This document shows positions 11,101 through 23,822 of a stretch of 64,000 bases of DNA, piece after piece. Below the pieces are notes generated by a model that saw nothing but the letters and a program-made list of their open reading frames with translations, was not told the DNA's origin and did not search any database. The translations under genes and the position numbers were made by a program. The DNA is from Tricharina praecox (taxonomy: Eukaryota). The first letter of the stretch is position 1. Each line of letters begins with the position of its first letter. Location: contig NW_026250417.1 of the NCBI RefSeq assembly GCF_024521635.1, forward strand, positions 372,001 to 436,000, given 5' to 3'.

Positions 11101-14100
11101 TATCTGCCTCCCTCATGAAGCTTAGTTGCTCGAACGTGGCTATGCAACGCACAACATCCACACGCAGCAGAGAATGGCAGCGGAGCATGGCAATAGAGCA
11201 TAATAGAGCATAGTAGAGCACAGCTGAACACAGCAGACTACAGCTGAGAATGGGCCGAGAAAGGAAAGCTTGGGGCCTGAACCGAGAAATGGAAGCTTGG
11301 AGCCTGAACCGATCCCCAACCCCTTTGCAATGTTGAACCTTCTCTCGGAACCCTTCCCCTCCCCACCCCCCGACCCCCCGGATGGGCTTCGGGCCTTCGG
11401 AACGTTTGGTATGTAGAAAAGTTGCAGTTTCGCGTCCGAGCAGAGCGTTGACCCTGACCACGGTTGCTGGCTAAAAGGCATATGTATGTATGTAGCACAT
11501 GCATTCCCCCCGCGGGTACCCGTGGGCCCGCTCCGTCGACAGGGTGTCCTCTGCGATCTCTGAATCAGCCTATTTTTACATACCGTCCGAACGCTGCGAC
11601 CTGCGGGTGTTGGAGTACTCTACTCGGGTGCTTTCCGATAACCAAGTACATGGCCGTGTCGACTGCTGACTACTACACCCCCTTTGTAGCTAGAGTACCG
11701 TACATGAAGCAGGTGGAGAACCGCGAATCAAAAATGCCCCGTGGGGTGAAATATCTGCTCTTGCATGTTGATTAGCGGGGCGACGCCCAATCGCAAGCGG
11801 CTAACCATGTATAGTATGTACAATAACGGACGGACCGGCCAGTGGGAGTACATACGTCTATACGTACCGACATCTCAGCATCTGGAGACCTACGTATCGT
11901 ACGTATCCTACATACCAATAGCGGACCGTACGAGTATGTAGAATCGAGGTTACTGCTGCTGCTGCTGCTGCTGCAGTCCGTACACAGTCAGCGCTTCGTG
12001 CATGCGCTGTAGGCTGTAGTTAGCGATGTTCAAGGCTATCTATCATTTACCTATGCGATCTATCTCTCGCCGTCCATTCGAGCACAAAGGTAGGTATGTA
12101 CCGGTATTATACCAACAACCGACATACCTATATAATGTATCACACAACGTTTCAACCCGGCCCCGGTAACTAACTAAGCGCTTGGGATTCGGCTCTATCC
12201 TCAGGCTCCTCCTCCTACAGCAGCATAGACCATGGTGATATGTACCTACTTACCTTCCTACCTACCCCCTCTATCGACTCTATAACCTTTTGCATACATA
12301 CAAACGATCCAGACTAGTTCCATGATGATGATAGCGCCCCCGCGCCGGCTATGCAAAGATCATCGGGGACAACTCTTCCATCCCGATCAGGCCGCCCAGA
12401 TTGTAGCTCGTTGCGGTCAAGGTATTCAATCTGTTTCGCTCAGTCGGCGCAGCGTACACATGTGTACTCTACATGTGTACATATTTGATCAACTGCCTTT
12501 AGCCCGAGACCGCTGTCGTGTGCTCAAACTTCAGGCCGAGCAACGTTGGACATCTCCAGAACTGTGGTTCGCCAGATCGTCACGGGCAGGTCGTACATAC
12601 CTGTACATGTACATAGTCCGTCCGGTGAGTTGGACTCGCAAACAGAAACCGAATATCGGACCAATTATCACCGTGACAAACGGGAGACAACGTTCGGTAT
12701 AATGTATTATATACGATAGTGGTCTAGGTGCCTACCGCCAGTCTTTGGCTGATCCAAGGCGGCAGCTTTTCGTGACCACCGAAGCCGTTTGAGCGGATAT
12801 GGAGAATTGCTGGAGAGGCACCCAATATGTACAAAATTGTAAGAAGTACTTACATGGCAAGAATTAGTAGGCTAGTAAGCTACCGTCACCTGCCGCTATC
12901 CAACGTGTACCAAGCCGCGGAAGGAAGCGCGTTGGCGGCGGCGGCGGATTCAACAGACGCCTACTGTTGCTTCCGGCAACTAGGGCACCCCCGCATTCCC
13001 TGGTGGCTGGCGAACACCGGAGTGTGACTCTCGTTAACTGACCATACCGTACCTATTTGCAACTGCTCGTGCTTGGCCTCCAACCCCCCGACGCACACGC
13101 GAGTAACAAGGTATCGGACTCCTCCCCTAGTTGCCGTGATTCTTTTTCTCTCCAGGAGTGAGCTGAGCCGACTAAAAAAGAGCGTGCCGACCCCTTCGCC
13201 TTCACTTCACACAGCCCCCTTCGCCTTTCGAATTCTAGGAATCGTCGCTAGGTAGTCGCTACCAGAACCGCAACTGAGTTAGTGGATACGCCCCGCCTTC
13301 TCCTTAACCTCGTCCTCATCCTCGTCCTCCTCGGTTATTTTCTTTGCCGTCTAAATAAGCGAATCTCCTCCATCGGCTCTTTTGCCTGTCCGTCAACTTG
13401 TGAGAAGAAAGAAAAATATCCCTGGTCAATTCGAACTCAACTCAAGGCGCAATGGGATTCGAACCCCACGTCAGGAGCACTCTGCCTACTCTACAGGCCG
13501 TCCAGAATACTACATACAGGGAGTCCGTCTGGTCTTGCCAAGAGCCTGAATTCAAAGTCGGACGGAGCAGATCCACCGAGTCCACCTACTCTAAAGTACC
13601 GCACCGCATCGCATGGTATCAAACATGATCGGACACCTACCTTGTACCTACCGCTTTTTTCTTTCTCACAGTTGTTCGCGAACTTCGGCTATAATACAGG
13701 AAGTCAAGGTCCCAGTCCCAGGTTTTCCAAAAGGTCCATGAAGGTGGCAGTGAATGGACCCGTCACTCAAGAGCTGCAGATGCAGACGCAGATACAGATG
13801 CAGATACTTATTAGCCGCGGCCAATTGACCGATCAATCTTGACAAGCAACCTGCAGACGCTTTCAAATGTCTGCATGAAGTTGAACCCCTTCCCCCCGGT
13901 TCCCTGCAACGCTCATACCGCGAGCTCGGGATGCTGAGTCCGCAGAGCCCCACAGAGCCCGCGGAATCTGCCACAGCTGTATGTATCATACATACCAGAT
14001 GGTAGGTATCGTACGCAGGAATGTACTGTCGTCATTTGCGGGAAACAATAATGGATTATGGCTGCCTACCTCTTACTTGGTTATAGGCCATCTCCGAGCG

Positions 14101-17100
14101 ACCAGACTGCACCCACGCTGCACCCACGCCCTCGACCAATCACCAGCTTCCTCGACAAGCGCAACCACAACCAAGAACTGTCGCATGTCCTCGCAAAATC
14201 CCAAGATCCAGTGGCTAGGCGATGCGATCCAGTCACCTGATGGAACGGACTCAACACAGTCGAGCAAATTCCGTGCAACCAGACCTGTCGAAACCCCTGT
14301 TGCCATGCTGCGGCTACGGGTTGCGGCCTGTGGGGGCCCTTCGTCTTCTTCCTTTTTTTGACACCGATCAAGCAATCAATATAGGGCTTGTCCAACTCCC
14401 GATATGTATGTAAACCCTCCCTATCGGGCCGGCGCGGTGGGGCCCAGGGGGCCGCTCCGTCGATTGCCGGCCCTATGTGTTTTTGCAGGGGAGCCAGCTG
14501 GCAGCGACAGCCAGCCGGACCCCGCGTCGCATGTAGAGTGCATCCATGATACCACGTTCGACCATGCCTAACGTGACGATTCCATGGGGCTGGAATATGG
14601 TACGGTACGGTGCGCTCAAAGCCATGTAACCAACCATCCGCGGACCGAACCGCGGACAGCTGTGAGTGAACGAGAATGAGAAGTCATGTTGGAACTACCT
14701 ATAACGGAGGCAAATAATTGTCCGACGTTCCGATAACCGTTGCCCGAATAACCCCCGACGGTCACACTGCGGCCTGGACGTGTGCTATACATAGATAGGT
14801 ACACTGCTGCTGACACCTGTGCGTTGGTCGATCAGCCTTGCCATGGAGGGCTGGGCTGGATTGGGCTAGATTGGATTGGATTGGCTCGGCTGAGTGGGGC
14901 TGGGGAAGTTGTCTGTTGTTCCAGAAGACAAATGGAGACAGCGGATAGGAAGCACCCTAAGCCTATCCTCCCTATAAGGTAGAGAGTTAGTAGTAACGTT
15001 GTTGCAACCCACGGACTATTGTTGCTCTAGTTTCTATATGGGGGCACGTTTCACGTAGCTTACTTTTTACAATTACGATTTAGCCAGTTCGATTTCGCTC
15101 GCTCGTCACAGCCAATGGCAGCAGCCACTTGAGCTTCAGTTGGACACGGCGAAGTTCGAACATTCATGTCATGCAGGTGCTTAGCAAGATGCGGCTCTAG
15201 GGAGTACAAGGCAGCCATGCTTGGTCATCGCGGGAGTTGTGCGTGCAGGGCTAACTCGGTTAAGCAGTTGTTCCGCGGCTACTAGTACAGGGCCTACATA
15301 TGCTACAGGCGCAGCGCAGGGCTGAATCCTTTTCTTTACGCTGAATGGTGGGCTTGCGTTGGAACTTTGCTTTGTGTCACGGAAGTGGAATGGTTAGTTG
15401 GAATTTGGAAGGGCCGCAACTACAATACCAAGTACTTTACTCGGGATACTATTATTAGACTCACGTATGTTGGATCGAGTAGGTAGTAGGCAGAGTAGAT
15501 TGATGGCGCGCCTCGCAGGAGGGGGTAAGTGTTTTCCCCGGAGGCCCTGCCCATGGCCGATTCTGGGAGTTTCTGGAAATGGATTCGGTTTTTGGCCATG
15601 GCTGCGGCTCGTAGGCCTACCAATGTCTTTGTGACTCCTGTGACTCCTGATGCTCCGATTGTAGAATGGAACGCATCCTAATATCTATTTTGTACATACA
15701 ACGAGGAACCTTGCATTGCTCACGGGCATGGACGAGATGTTTGTTTGCCTGTCCTGAGGTTTTCGTGTATCGAAGGACCAAGAGGGGCCTCGATGGCCTG
15801 TTGTGTTGCCTCCTCTTCCTCCGTCAAAATCCTCATCATACTTCTTCGTACATACAATTCCAAAAAGCTACTGAGCCGTTGCTTGGTCCCGATACCTCAA
15901 TGCGCAATACGATAGCTGCTGCTGCAGGTCCTACTAATAGGTAACGGGCGGTACCCCCCAGTAGTCTGATCGCTCAGTCACGGGTGGCCTGAAGCAGATG
16001 GTCTACCCGTGAGTCAAAAAGTCGCATGAAGCAGGAACCAGCCTGCCTACTCTACTCTGGAGCATGGAGTATGCATACACCATACTTACATACATACAGA
16101 CCTACATACAAAACGACCACCGTCATATCGGAACAAATGCCACCAGCCGGCAGCCCCCCCTCCCTCCACTGTCGCGACTTCCGATCTGCTCACATCTGTC
16201 CATCACCACCACCACCCCTGAAGAATCTTGACTTGCTGGGTGCACCAACAGACACACATTCACACACACACTCTCACCAAATCCCAAGCCGGTAACCTGC
16301 GTCCGCTGGCTTATGCTTAATCTTTAGTACAGGTTCTAAGTGCTGACCGTGGAAGCAAGGTTTTCTTTTGCCTGTAGCGGTCAAGTCCATCATGCCACTG
16401 CCAACGAGGATCAAAAGCCCGGGACCACGCCCGACACTGCCTCCTCCTCATCCTCCTCCTCCAGATCCTCCAGATCCTCGCTCGCTCGCTCGCAACCGAA
16501 ACCTAGCACGACACGACAAGGGCCTGGCAGTCTACACAACCGGGACGCGCTCCATCTGCTTAGAGAGTGACTTCAGGGAAGCCCGGCGTTTTCCGACCCC
16601 TTGCCCCCTCCCTCCCTCCCCGACGGATTGAGCCCCGGAGATAATTCATGGATGGATGGGTGATGGATGGATGGCCCTCAAGGACTCATGGCCGCATATG
16701 CGCAGTCCACAAGCTAGCAGCCACTGACCTCAGCGCAGAGTATTGGCGATCGTGCAGCGGACCAGGGACCCTAATGAGTTTAAGCATCTGGTCGCTGGTA
16801 TCCAAGTACTTACATACATACCCACCTATATGATCCGGCCGGATATCTCCTCGCGATGTGGGGCAGTGGCTACTGCCTAGATTCCCAACCTACCTACCTA
16901 CACACTAGGTAGGTAGTCTCCCCCTACATACAAACGACAGCGGCTTCCGGGGATTGCGATTGGACAGGCTTGTTTCCTTTCCGAAGCAACTACAGATATA
17001 ACAGTTCCCAAGCATCCAGCCATCATCCACGGATAGAAAGTGTCGTCATCCCCAATCACCTCCTCCAACCCCCGTCAGCTCTCGATATCACTCGAAAGTC

Positions 17101-17232
17101 TCAACAGCTACCTACTTAGCTATGTAAGCTACCACCCTCCGCCCGAGAAACTCCAGAAAGATTTGGAAGGCTGACGCTGACGCGTTATTGGGAAGACAGA
17201 TCGCGCCACCGTAGCAAGCTTCTTAAACTTCA

Positions 17233-18333
17233 ATGCCATCGCAAGCCGTCGCGAATATCAGAAACAAGAACGAATATCTCGACCGCGATCCATATACTAC
17301 ATCCTACTGTGCAACCTCCCGCGTGGCGCTATCATCTACCCCTCGTATTCACTCCCGTCACGCATACACCATGGAGCCGGAGTGGGACACCTACAGCTAC
17401 ACCTCTCCCGGGGGTAGCAGTGGCCCTACATATCCTCCACTTCACGCACAACCTCATAATCATCATCAATACCATGAACAGCAACAGCAGCAACAGCTCC
17501 CAATCGGCGAACCCGACTTTATCGACTCGGCTCTGATGTATCTACCCGTCACAACATCGTCGGTCTCGGACTCCTACTTCCCCACGGCAGACTACAGCTC
17601 GATATCACAAACGCAAGGACTCCTATCCCCCGTGTATTCACCGTATTCCGGTTCCTACGCCGCCTCAACATCTTCGCAGCACTCGAGCTACTCCAATTAC
17701 TCCCACCAGCGTGGAGCCACCCCCTCGCCCTATCCGTCATCGCATGACTCACACTCCCACTCGCATCACGCCGGTCACCGCGCATCAACTTCCCCATATC
17801 CGCCTTCGGCCTCCCACTCCCCCAGCTTTGCGTACACGCCATCACCGTACGCCACCTCACCGAACGACACCCCTTCCCCGGTCAGCTATGCGGACTCATC
17901 CTCAACGGTTGATCCCGACATCATCAACTGTTTCTTCCCGGAGGGGGCCGGTTCCGGCAGCGCCACCCACGTCCACCCGTCTTCGTCATCCAGCAACACC
18001 ACAGCTACATCGTTCGCGTGCGATTATCCCTCGTGCACAAAATCCTATCCTCGGCTATGCGATCTCCGGAAGCACAAGAAACGCCACCTCAAGCCATTTC
18101 CGTGCCCCGAAGCGGCATGTGATTCCTTCTTCTCGACGGAAAAGGACCGAGACCGGCACACGAAATCCAAGCACCGGAGGGAAGAGCACCTGGTCTGCGC
18201 CGTTTGTGGACACAGGACCGCACGGAAAGACAACATGAGGGATCACATCAAGCGTCGACACGGCGAGGATGTGGTGGAGAGGATCATGAATGCCGTCATG
18301 GCTGCGAGCGGCAGCAGCAGCGGTGGTGGCTAA
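17233..18333 (+). CDS. C2H2 zinc-finger transcription factor (three fingers; start may be ATG 17371)
   Basis: A Ser/Pro/Tyr/His-rich low-complexity region is followed by CDYPSCTKSYPRLCDLRKHKKRH-LKPFP-CPEAACDSFFSTEKDRDRHTKSKH and CAVCGHRTARKDNMRDHIKRRH. Confidence 0.92.
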   Translation: MPSQAVANIRNKNEYLDRDPYTTSYCATSRVALSSTPRIHSRHAYTMEPEWDTYSYTSPGGSSGPTYPPLHAQPHNHHQYHEQQQQQQLPIGEPDFIDSALMYLPVTTSSVSDSYFPTADYSSISQTQGLLSPVYSPYSGSYAASTSSQHSSYSNYSHQRGATPSPYPSSHDSHSHSHHAGHRASTSPYPPSASHSPSFAYTPSPYATSPNDTPSPVSYADSSSTVDPDIINCFFPEGAGSGSATHVHPSSSSSNTTATSFACDYPSCTKSYPRLCDLRKHKKRHLKPFPCPEAACDSFFSTEKDRDRHTKSKHRREEHLVCAVCGHRTARKDNMRDHIKRRHGEDVVERIMNAVMAASGSSSGGG

Positions 18334-19704
18334 TGCCTCCTTGCTTTTCTTTTCTTTACTCTTTTTTTGCTCACGTGTTTTTGTTTTCCTATTTTTTTCT
18401 CGATCAATCATCGGGTTTTTATGTCTTGGGTATATTTTTGGTGTTTTTCGGGGTTGGTCACGGCTCGGGAATGCGTACATAGAAAACGGAACGGGCATGT
18501 TAAGGGTTCAATATTTGTCTTTTTTTTTTTGAGTTTTCACGTTTTGTTTTTGGTTCTGGCTTCATGCATCGGAGTGCCCTGAATTCAAGTTTTTACTTTG
18601 GGAGTTAACCATCGTCACCACGAATTGCCAGTTATCAATCTGTCCAGCAGTTGCAAAACTTGACACGCGTCTCCTGCAGTCCTGCAGGAGACTGACGGTT
18701 TGGTCGTGTGTCCACTGTGCAAGGTGAAAGAAAAAACCTTTGGTTTGGTGCGTGACTTGCTGCTGCTTGCTTGCTGCTGCTGCTTGCTCATGTCATGTAT
18801 GTAAGCAGATAGAGTACCTGCATCCCACCAGCTCCAGCTTCCTCCAGCACCCTCGAGCACCCTCGAGCACTCTCAGACATGCGTGGAAGACGCATCGAAG
18901 CCGAAGCCTTCACGAAGGTAACCAAACCAAAACTTTTCTAGACTCTGGCAGTGGAGAGAGCGGGTGTTAACTTTTAACCAGAATTAGCTGCAGTAGCCGT
19001 GCTGTGCTGTTTTTAGACCGCACGGGGGGGACGGGATTTGCTAAGCATGGAACTTGGAGGCATGTGAGACGGCCCCGGTGTAGCCGACCTCCGACGATGA
19101 TGATGATGGCAGCGCCGCGGCGGGGGCATGCGGGTGAGGGTGAGGCAACCGGGAGGGGTGCGAGCGCGTGTGGTCATGTGATCGTGACATGACATGTCCT
19201 GTGTGGACTCTGGAGTACTACCTAGGTGGAGCACTGGGTGTGAGTACTAGGCTGCCGTCGATGTATGTATGTAGAGTACTATATGTATCATGTACCAGTA
19301 CATTTTTTTATGTATGCTCTATGTATTTCTATGTACTCTACCCTTGTGCTTGCAAAGCGATCCCGTAACTGCAGTGCAGTGCAGCGCATGGCAGCGCATG
19401 GCATGGCATGGTAGATACTACTGTGGAATATATCTAGTATATAGAGTTGGGGGGGTATTTGCGGCGTGGATACACTGGTAGGTGGGTTAGGTAAACAGGT
19501 GGTCTGCTGGCCGGGGGCCGGGGAGGATTGGAATTTCGAAGTATGAAGTATGAAGTATGCAGAGAAGCTTCGCGATCGGTCGTACTGAATCTCTCCGAGA
19601 TGTCCACGGGTAGTCCACGGGTACATTACCCCGAGTAGATTTCGGCGGAGAGCGAAGGAGTTAGAAATGTACCTACGTTACTCAAACAGGAAGTATGTAG
19701 AGTA

Positions 19705-20642
19705 CCGTATTATCTCGGATAACTGTTCGCTTTTTTTGAGTGGTTAGCACTGTTACACACAGACTTGGCGGGTTACAACGCTGGTTTAGAGCGCTTGGCG
19801 CTTAGTCAGTGTCAAAGTCACTAGCGCAAAGTCCCCGTAATGTTTCTCCACATGCACAGCACCCAACTTCAGGCCTCGTCTCTCCAGTAGACTTCCACAA
19901 CATCATCATCTTCAGTGTCGCTGATGTTAGGAAACACCTCTACAACCACATACCGCCTAGCTACTCCTTCCAGTTGCTTGATTCTCCTAGCTAATACTGG
20001 TTCAACTGGAACAGGCATCTTTCCCATGCGCGCTGAGAGAGTGACCGCTGAAGCCTGAGCCTGCTGAGGATGCGTCTACTGAACCTTCCACGGGCACACC
20101 ACTTAACCTGCCGAGAGCGCGCCCGAGCCTCGCAAGAACACGCCCACTGAGCCTGGCAAGAACGCGTTCGCCGAGCTTGCCACGAGCGCGGCCACCAAGT
20201 CTGCTGCTGAGGACGCGTCAACTGGGTTTGTCGAGAGCGCGGCCACTGTGCATTGTAGACATGTTTGACGAGCGAGTAGTCTGATATTGTTATCTTCATC
20301 GCTGTCGTTATCGGGAACACCTTGAGCCGTAGATGTAAGAACAAGAGCTGCGAATTCTGACATGACTGTGTCGGCGTGTGCTACTTTCGAAGGAAAGATG
20401 ACCTCGTTGTTCTCCATTATTGTTTCCGTGATTTCTATCGACTTAATCTTTGTAGGGTGTACTCTACTTGTACTGTAAAGCTCTACATCTGCCATTCCCA
20501 CGATGCTTCAGCAGTTTCAGCCGCACCAACCTACTCGACTGATGTTGTGTTGCCGCGCCGGCGCTAACCTTAATCACGCTAGTGTGCGCTTTATCGCGTT
20601 AGTTCAATTTTAAAAAGCGAACGGTTATCTAAGATAATACGG
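19705..20642. mobile_element. Non-autonomous Tc1/mariner-type (CCGTA-terminus) DNA transposon, 938 bp
   Basis: 31-bp TIRs at 19705-19735 (CCGTATTATCTCGGATAACTGTTCGCTTTTT) and 20612-20642 match at 28/31. TA flanks both ends (19703-19704, 20643-20644). No recognisable DDE transposase inside. Confidence 0.85.
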
Positions 20643-21379
20643 TATCATAGATGATAGTAGACTGTAGTAGAGCTATGTACTCTACGTCAATCGGCTCGGC
20701 TTGTTGACTGGCTTGCTCGCTCACTCACTCGCCCGCAGTCAGTACTTACCTCATACATAGACCACTTATCGGTATCAGTACATATCTGAACAGGCAACAG
20801 GCAGCGGAACAGGCAGCAGCCACGCCGCCGCGCTTTGTCCTTCTTCGCCTTTCCATCTTCCATCTTCCACCCTGATCTTCTTCGACAGCTTCGTATAAGG
20901 TAGTTACTTAGTTGAGTTAGTTAGCGGGGAAGCGCTGCTGGCATACTTGGTACCCAGAGTACTAGTTACTAGGTGTAGGGTACACACACCTTCTCTCCTT
21001 CTCTACACAGATGGAAGATCTCCAGAGTCCACATCGCGCGCCCAAGCCCAAGCCCAAGACCAAAATCGAAAACCGAAAAATAGCTTTTCCCTACATTGAT
21101 ACCTACGTCGTTGGGGCTGTGCAAAACTTCGTGAATCTCATCCCGGCCTTGCATGGTATGTAGATACATGTACATACATATGTAGACCGGGGTGGAGAGT
21201 CAGCAAGATGCATCTGCAGCTGCAGATGCAGATGCACTGGTAGTACGATTCCCCGAGGTATGTGATCCAGTCTTCCAGAGGGCCGGGGGTCGGGGTGGGT
21301 GGTCGGGGGTGGGGTGTGTGTCTACTAGTAGCCAGACCCTAAGAAACTCCTCCCTCCCGATGGTATGGTTGGGGACTCC

Positions 21380-21815
21380 TAGAGCCGATGGGGTGGGACA
21401 TTCGTGGAAAAATCGAATTAATTTACAAAACGGGTAATAAATACCGATTTTTGAGTTTTTTTTAGTCAAGATAGGCATTTGTAATTCCATTTTAGGCCTA
21501 TTTAAACTAAATATCAGCCCAAAATGGTTCTTGGCTTACCCGATTGGCTGTCTATGGGCCCAGAATGGGCAAGTTCAGTGCAAACATGGGTAAATCGGGT
21601 GATAATAGGGGAGGGACATTGGGGTGGCCTCCATACAAAATGATTTATTTTCTAAATTCTTCTTCTCCACAACCACGTGTCTTAAAATTAATCGGACGTT
21701 ATTTAAATTACGGCCATGCGATTCTCTATCGATTAATAGAGAGTTTTTGTTCAAATTTTTTTTTCGGTGGAGGAGATAGGTGTCAAAGTTGGGGGGTGTT
21801 TTTCCATCGGTTATA
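21380..21815. mobile_element. Candidate MITE (AT-rich, short TIRs, hAT-like TAGAG end)
   Basis: An AT-rich island in GC-rich surroundings is bounded by TAGAGCCGATGG and CCATCGGTTATA (10/12 inverted match). The TSD is only partial (GGACTCC vs GGCGTCC). Confidence 0.45.
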
Positions 21816-22615
21816 GGCGTCCACAACCATACATCACATAATCATATGGGCGGGAAGCGGAATATGCAACCGGGACGTACCGGTACCGGTATTATTATTA
21901 TGATGTATATCAGGAGCGTGCGGCCCGCGTCTCCAGACTGCCAATCCTTGCCCGTCCCGGCCCCCCCGGCTTCCCGCGGATCACTGGATCACAGGATATC
22001 ACCCCCATCAGATATGCGCGCCTGTGCTGGGTATAGTATGAAGAAGTGATCTCCACGACGGCCGGGGGCCCTGCCCGTCTGCCTGCCAGCGTGGGTCGCG
22101 TGAATCGCGTCAAAACAAGCCTTTCGAGAGTCGAGACCGACCCGTGGGGCGGGCGCCGAGCCCGCGATGGTACGTACCAGTAGACAACCCCGGTATCGCA
22201 GGGCCGATCTCCCCCTCCTTCCCCCAGGTTTCGCCCGCAAGCGGGTGATGAGGAGCTATGTACCTATTTACTGGGAGAAATTGGCGTTTCGTGTATAGAG
22301 TAGTTGTCGCCTAGTTGTCACGCAGATGGCGGGACTGCGCGTTTGACCGCGGGAAACAGGTGTTTCTTCGCACGTCGACTCGACTCGATCGGTACCTGCT
22401 CCGCAGTGCCTGAGTGCTGGTACGGTACGGTATTTGCGGCGATTGAGCGTGTTTACCCCATATATTGGCCCGCAATGTCGTCTGGAGTAGGGGGCTGGTG
22501 TAATTGGATTGGGTATATATAAGAGACTCGTACTCCGGACCTCCTCCAAGCCTATAACCAATCCACACCCGCTCTACACGCTCGTTTTGCACGGTCTCTA
22601 CGCCTGTAGTTAATC

Positions 22616-23822
22616 ATGGTATCCACACTACTAGTCTTTGCGGTAATGTTCGTCTCCGCGACGATTGCGAGCCCAACGGCAGCGGCGAAGCCGGAGATTG
22701 TTTGGGACGGCCGCATTCCGAAGACCTTCGATGTCAAGAGCTTTGACGATCCGGCGCTCTCGCCGTTCAATGTCGACTGGAACCATGGGAAGAGTAAGTT
22801 TTTCCTCTTCTACGGATGGGTCCGCGGTGGAGACGAGCGGTGAACTGATATTTGTAATTTGTAGATCAGACGTGGTCCGAGATCATCAAGTTTCCCCGGG
22901 TTCCGCAGGCACTTGTGAGTACTCAGTGCTCACCCTCCGACTTTTCTCTACACAGATACGTCGGCTGACACCCGCCCTCCAGCTCGACCGCAAGTCCGCC
23001 AAACCCTGGGCTGTAATACTGACCGACTCGTCGATCTTCATCCCAGGCGACGAGTCGACACGACAAGGCGGCTTCCGGCGGTCAGAGGTAATGCCTAGCA
23101 TCAACAACGGCAGCGACGCGACGGTGCAGGGGACGACGACACTGCACTTCTCAGTGATGAAGGACGCCTCGCGGCCACTGAACGGGACGCATATGTACCA
23201 CGTACATCCCCCGCCCCTCTTATCCATTCCTGTCTGACGAAGAAAAGGTGACCTTCCTCGAAACCGCCGACTACGCCTCGCACATCTGGACGCTGAACAC
23301 GGGGACGGCGTACGGCACCGACGCGGCAGGGCGCGATGCAAAAGCGCTGCGTCTTGAGTCGGGAACTACCGGTGGTGTGCCTGCGCAGCTGCTGTTCCAG
23401 ACCGAGTTCCGCGCTGGCGTGTGGCACAATTTTGCTGTGCAGGTGGATTTCGAGGAAAAGTACGTCGATCTTCCGTGAGCTGTTGGGGGACGGGGAAACG
23501 TGCCTAGAGAGCTGACGATGGTTGCGGGGAGTAATAGTGCGCTGGCCGCGTGGTACTCTGCGGGAAATAACCCGCTGAAACAGGTCGTCAAGAGGCGCGA
23601 GAATGATGCTACCGGGAAGGGACAATGTAAGCGCGCCCCGCACCTGTCCACATATGGATAAACACTGATCCGAGCGCTGCAGATCACATCGGCCTCATCA
23701 AGCATCCCACTGGAGACACCTCGAACGTGGTCAAGCAGGGATACCAGCCGTCTGGGATCAATGAGGGCATCATCTTTGGTGGCGTGTTTATGGAGGGGGG
23801 AAATAAGGTCACTACGAAGTAG
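22616..23822 (+). CDS. Secreted glycoside hydrolase family 131 (broad-specificity beta-glucanase) (6 exons: 22616-22793, 22865-22914, 22983-23201, 23248-23459, 23538-23626, 23683-23822)
   Basis: Signal peptide MVSTLLVFAVMFVSATIA, then IVWDGRIP, DSSIFIPG...QGGFRRSEVMP, TTTLHFSV, TFLETADY, WHNFAVQVDF, YHIGLIK and EGIIFGGVFME, all GH131 N-domain motifs. Introns are phase-consistent. Confidence 0.88.

Noticed and set aside
13282..13842. 186-aa ORF with a signal-peptide-like start
   Set aside because: It has a GTG start, the hydrophobic stretch comes from a CCTCGT-type microsatellite, and the rest has no family features.
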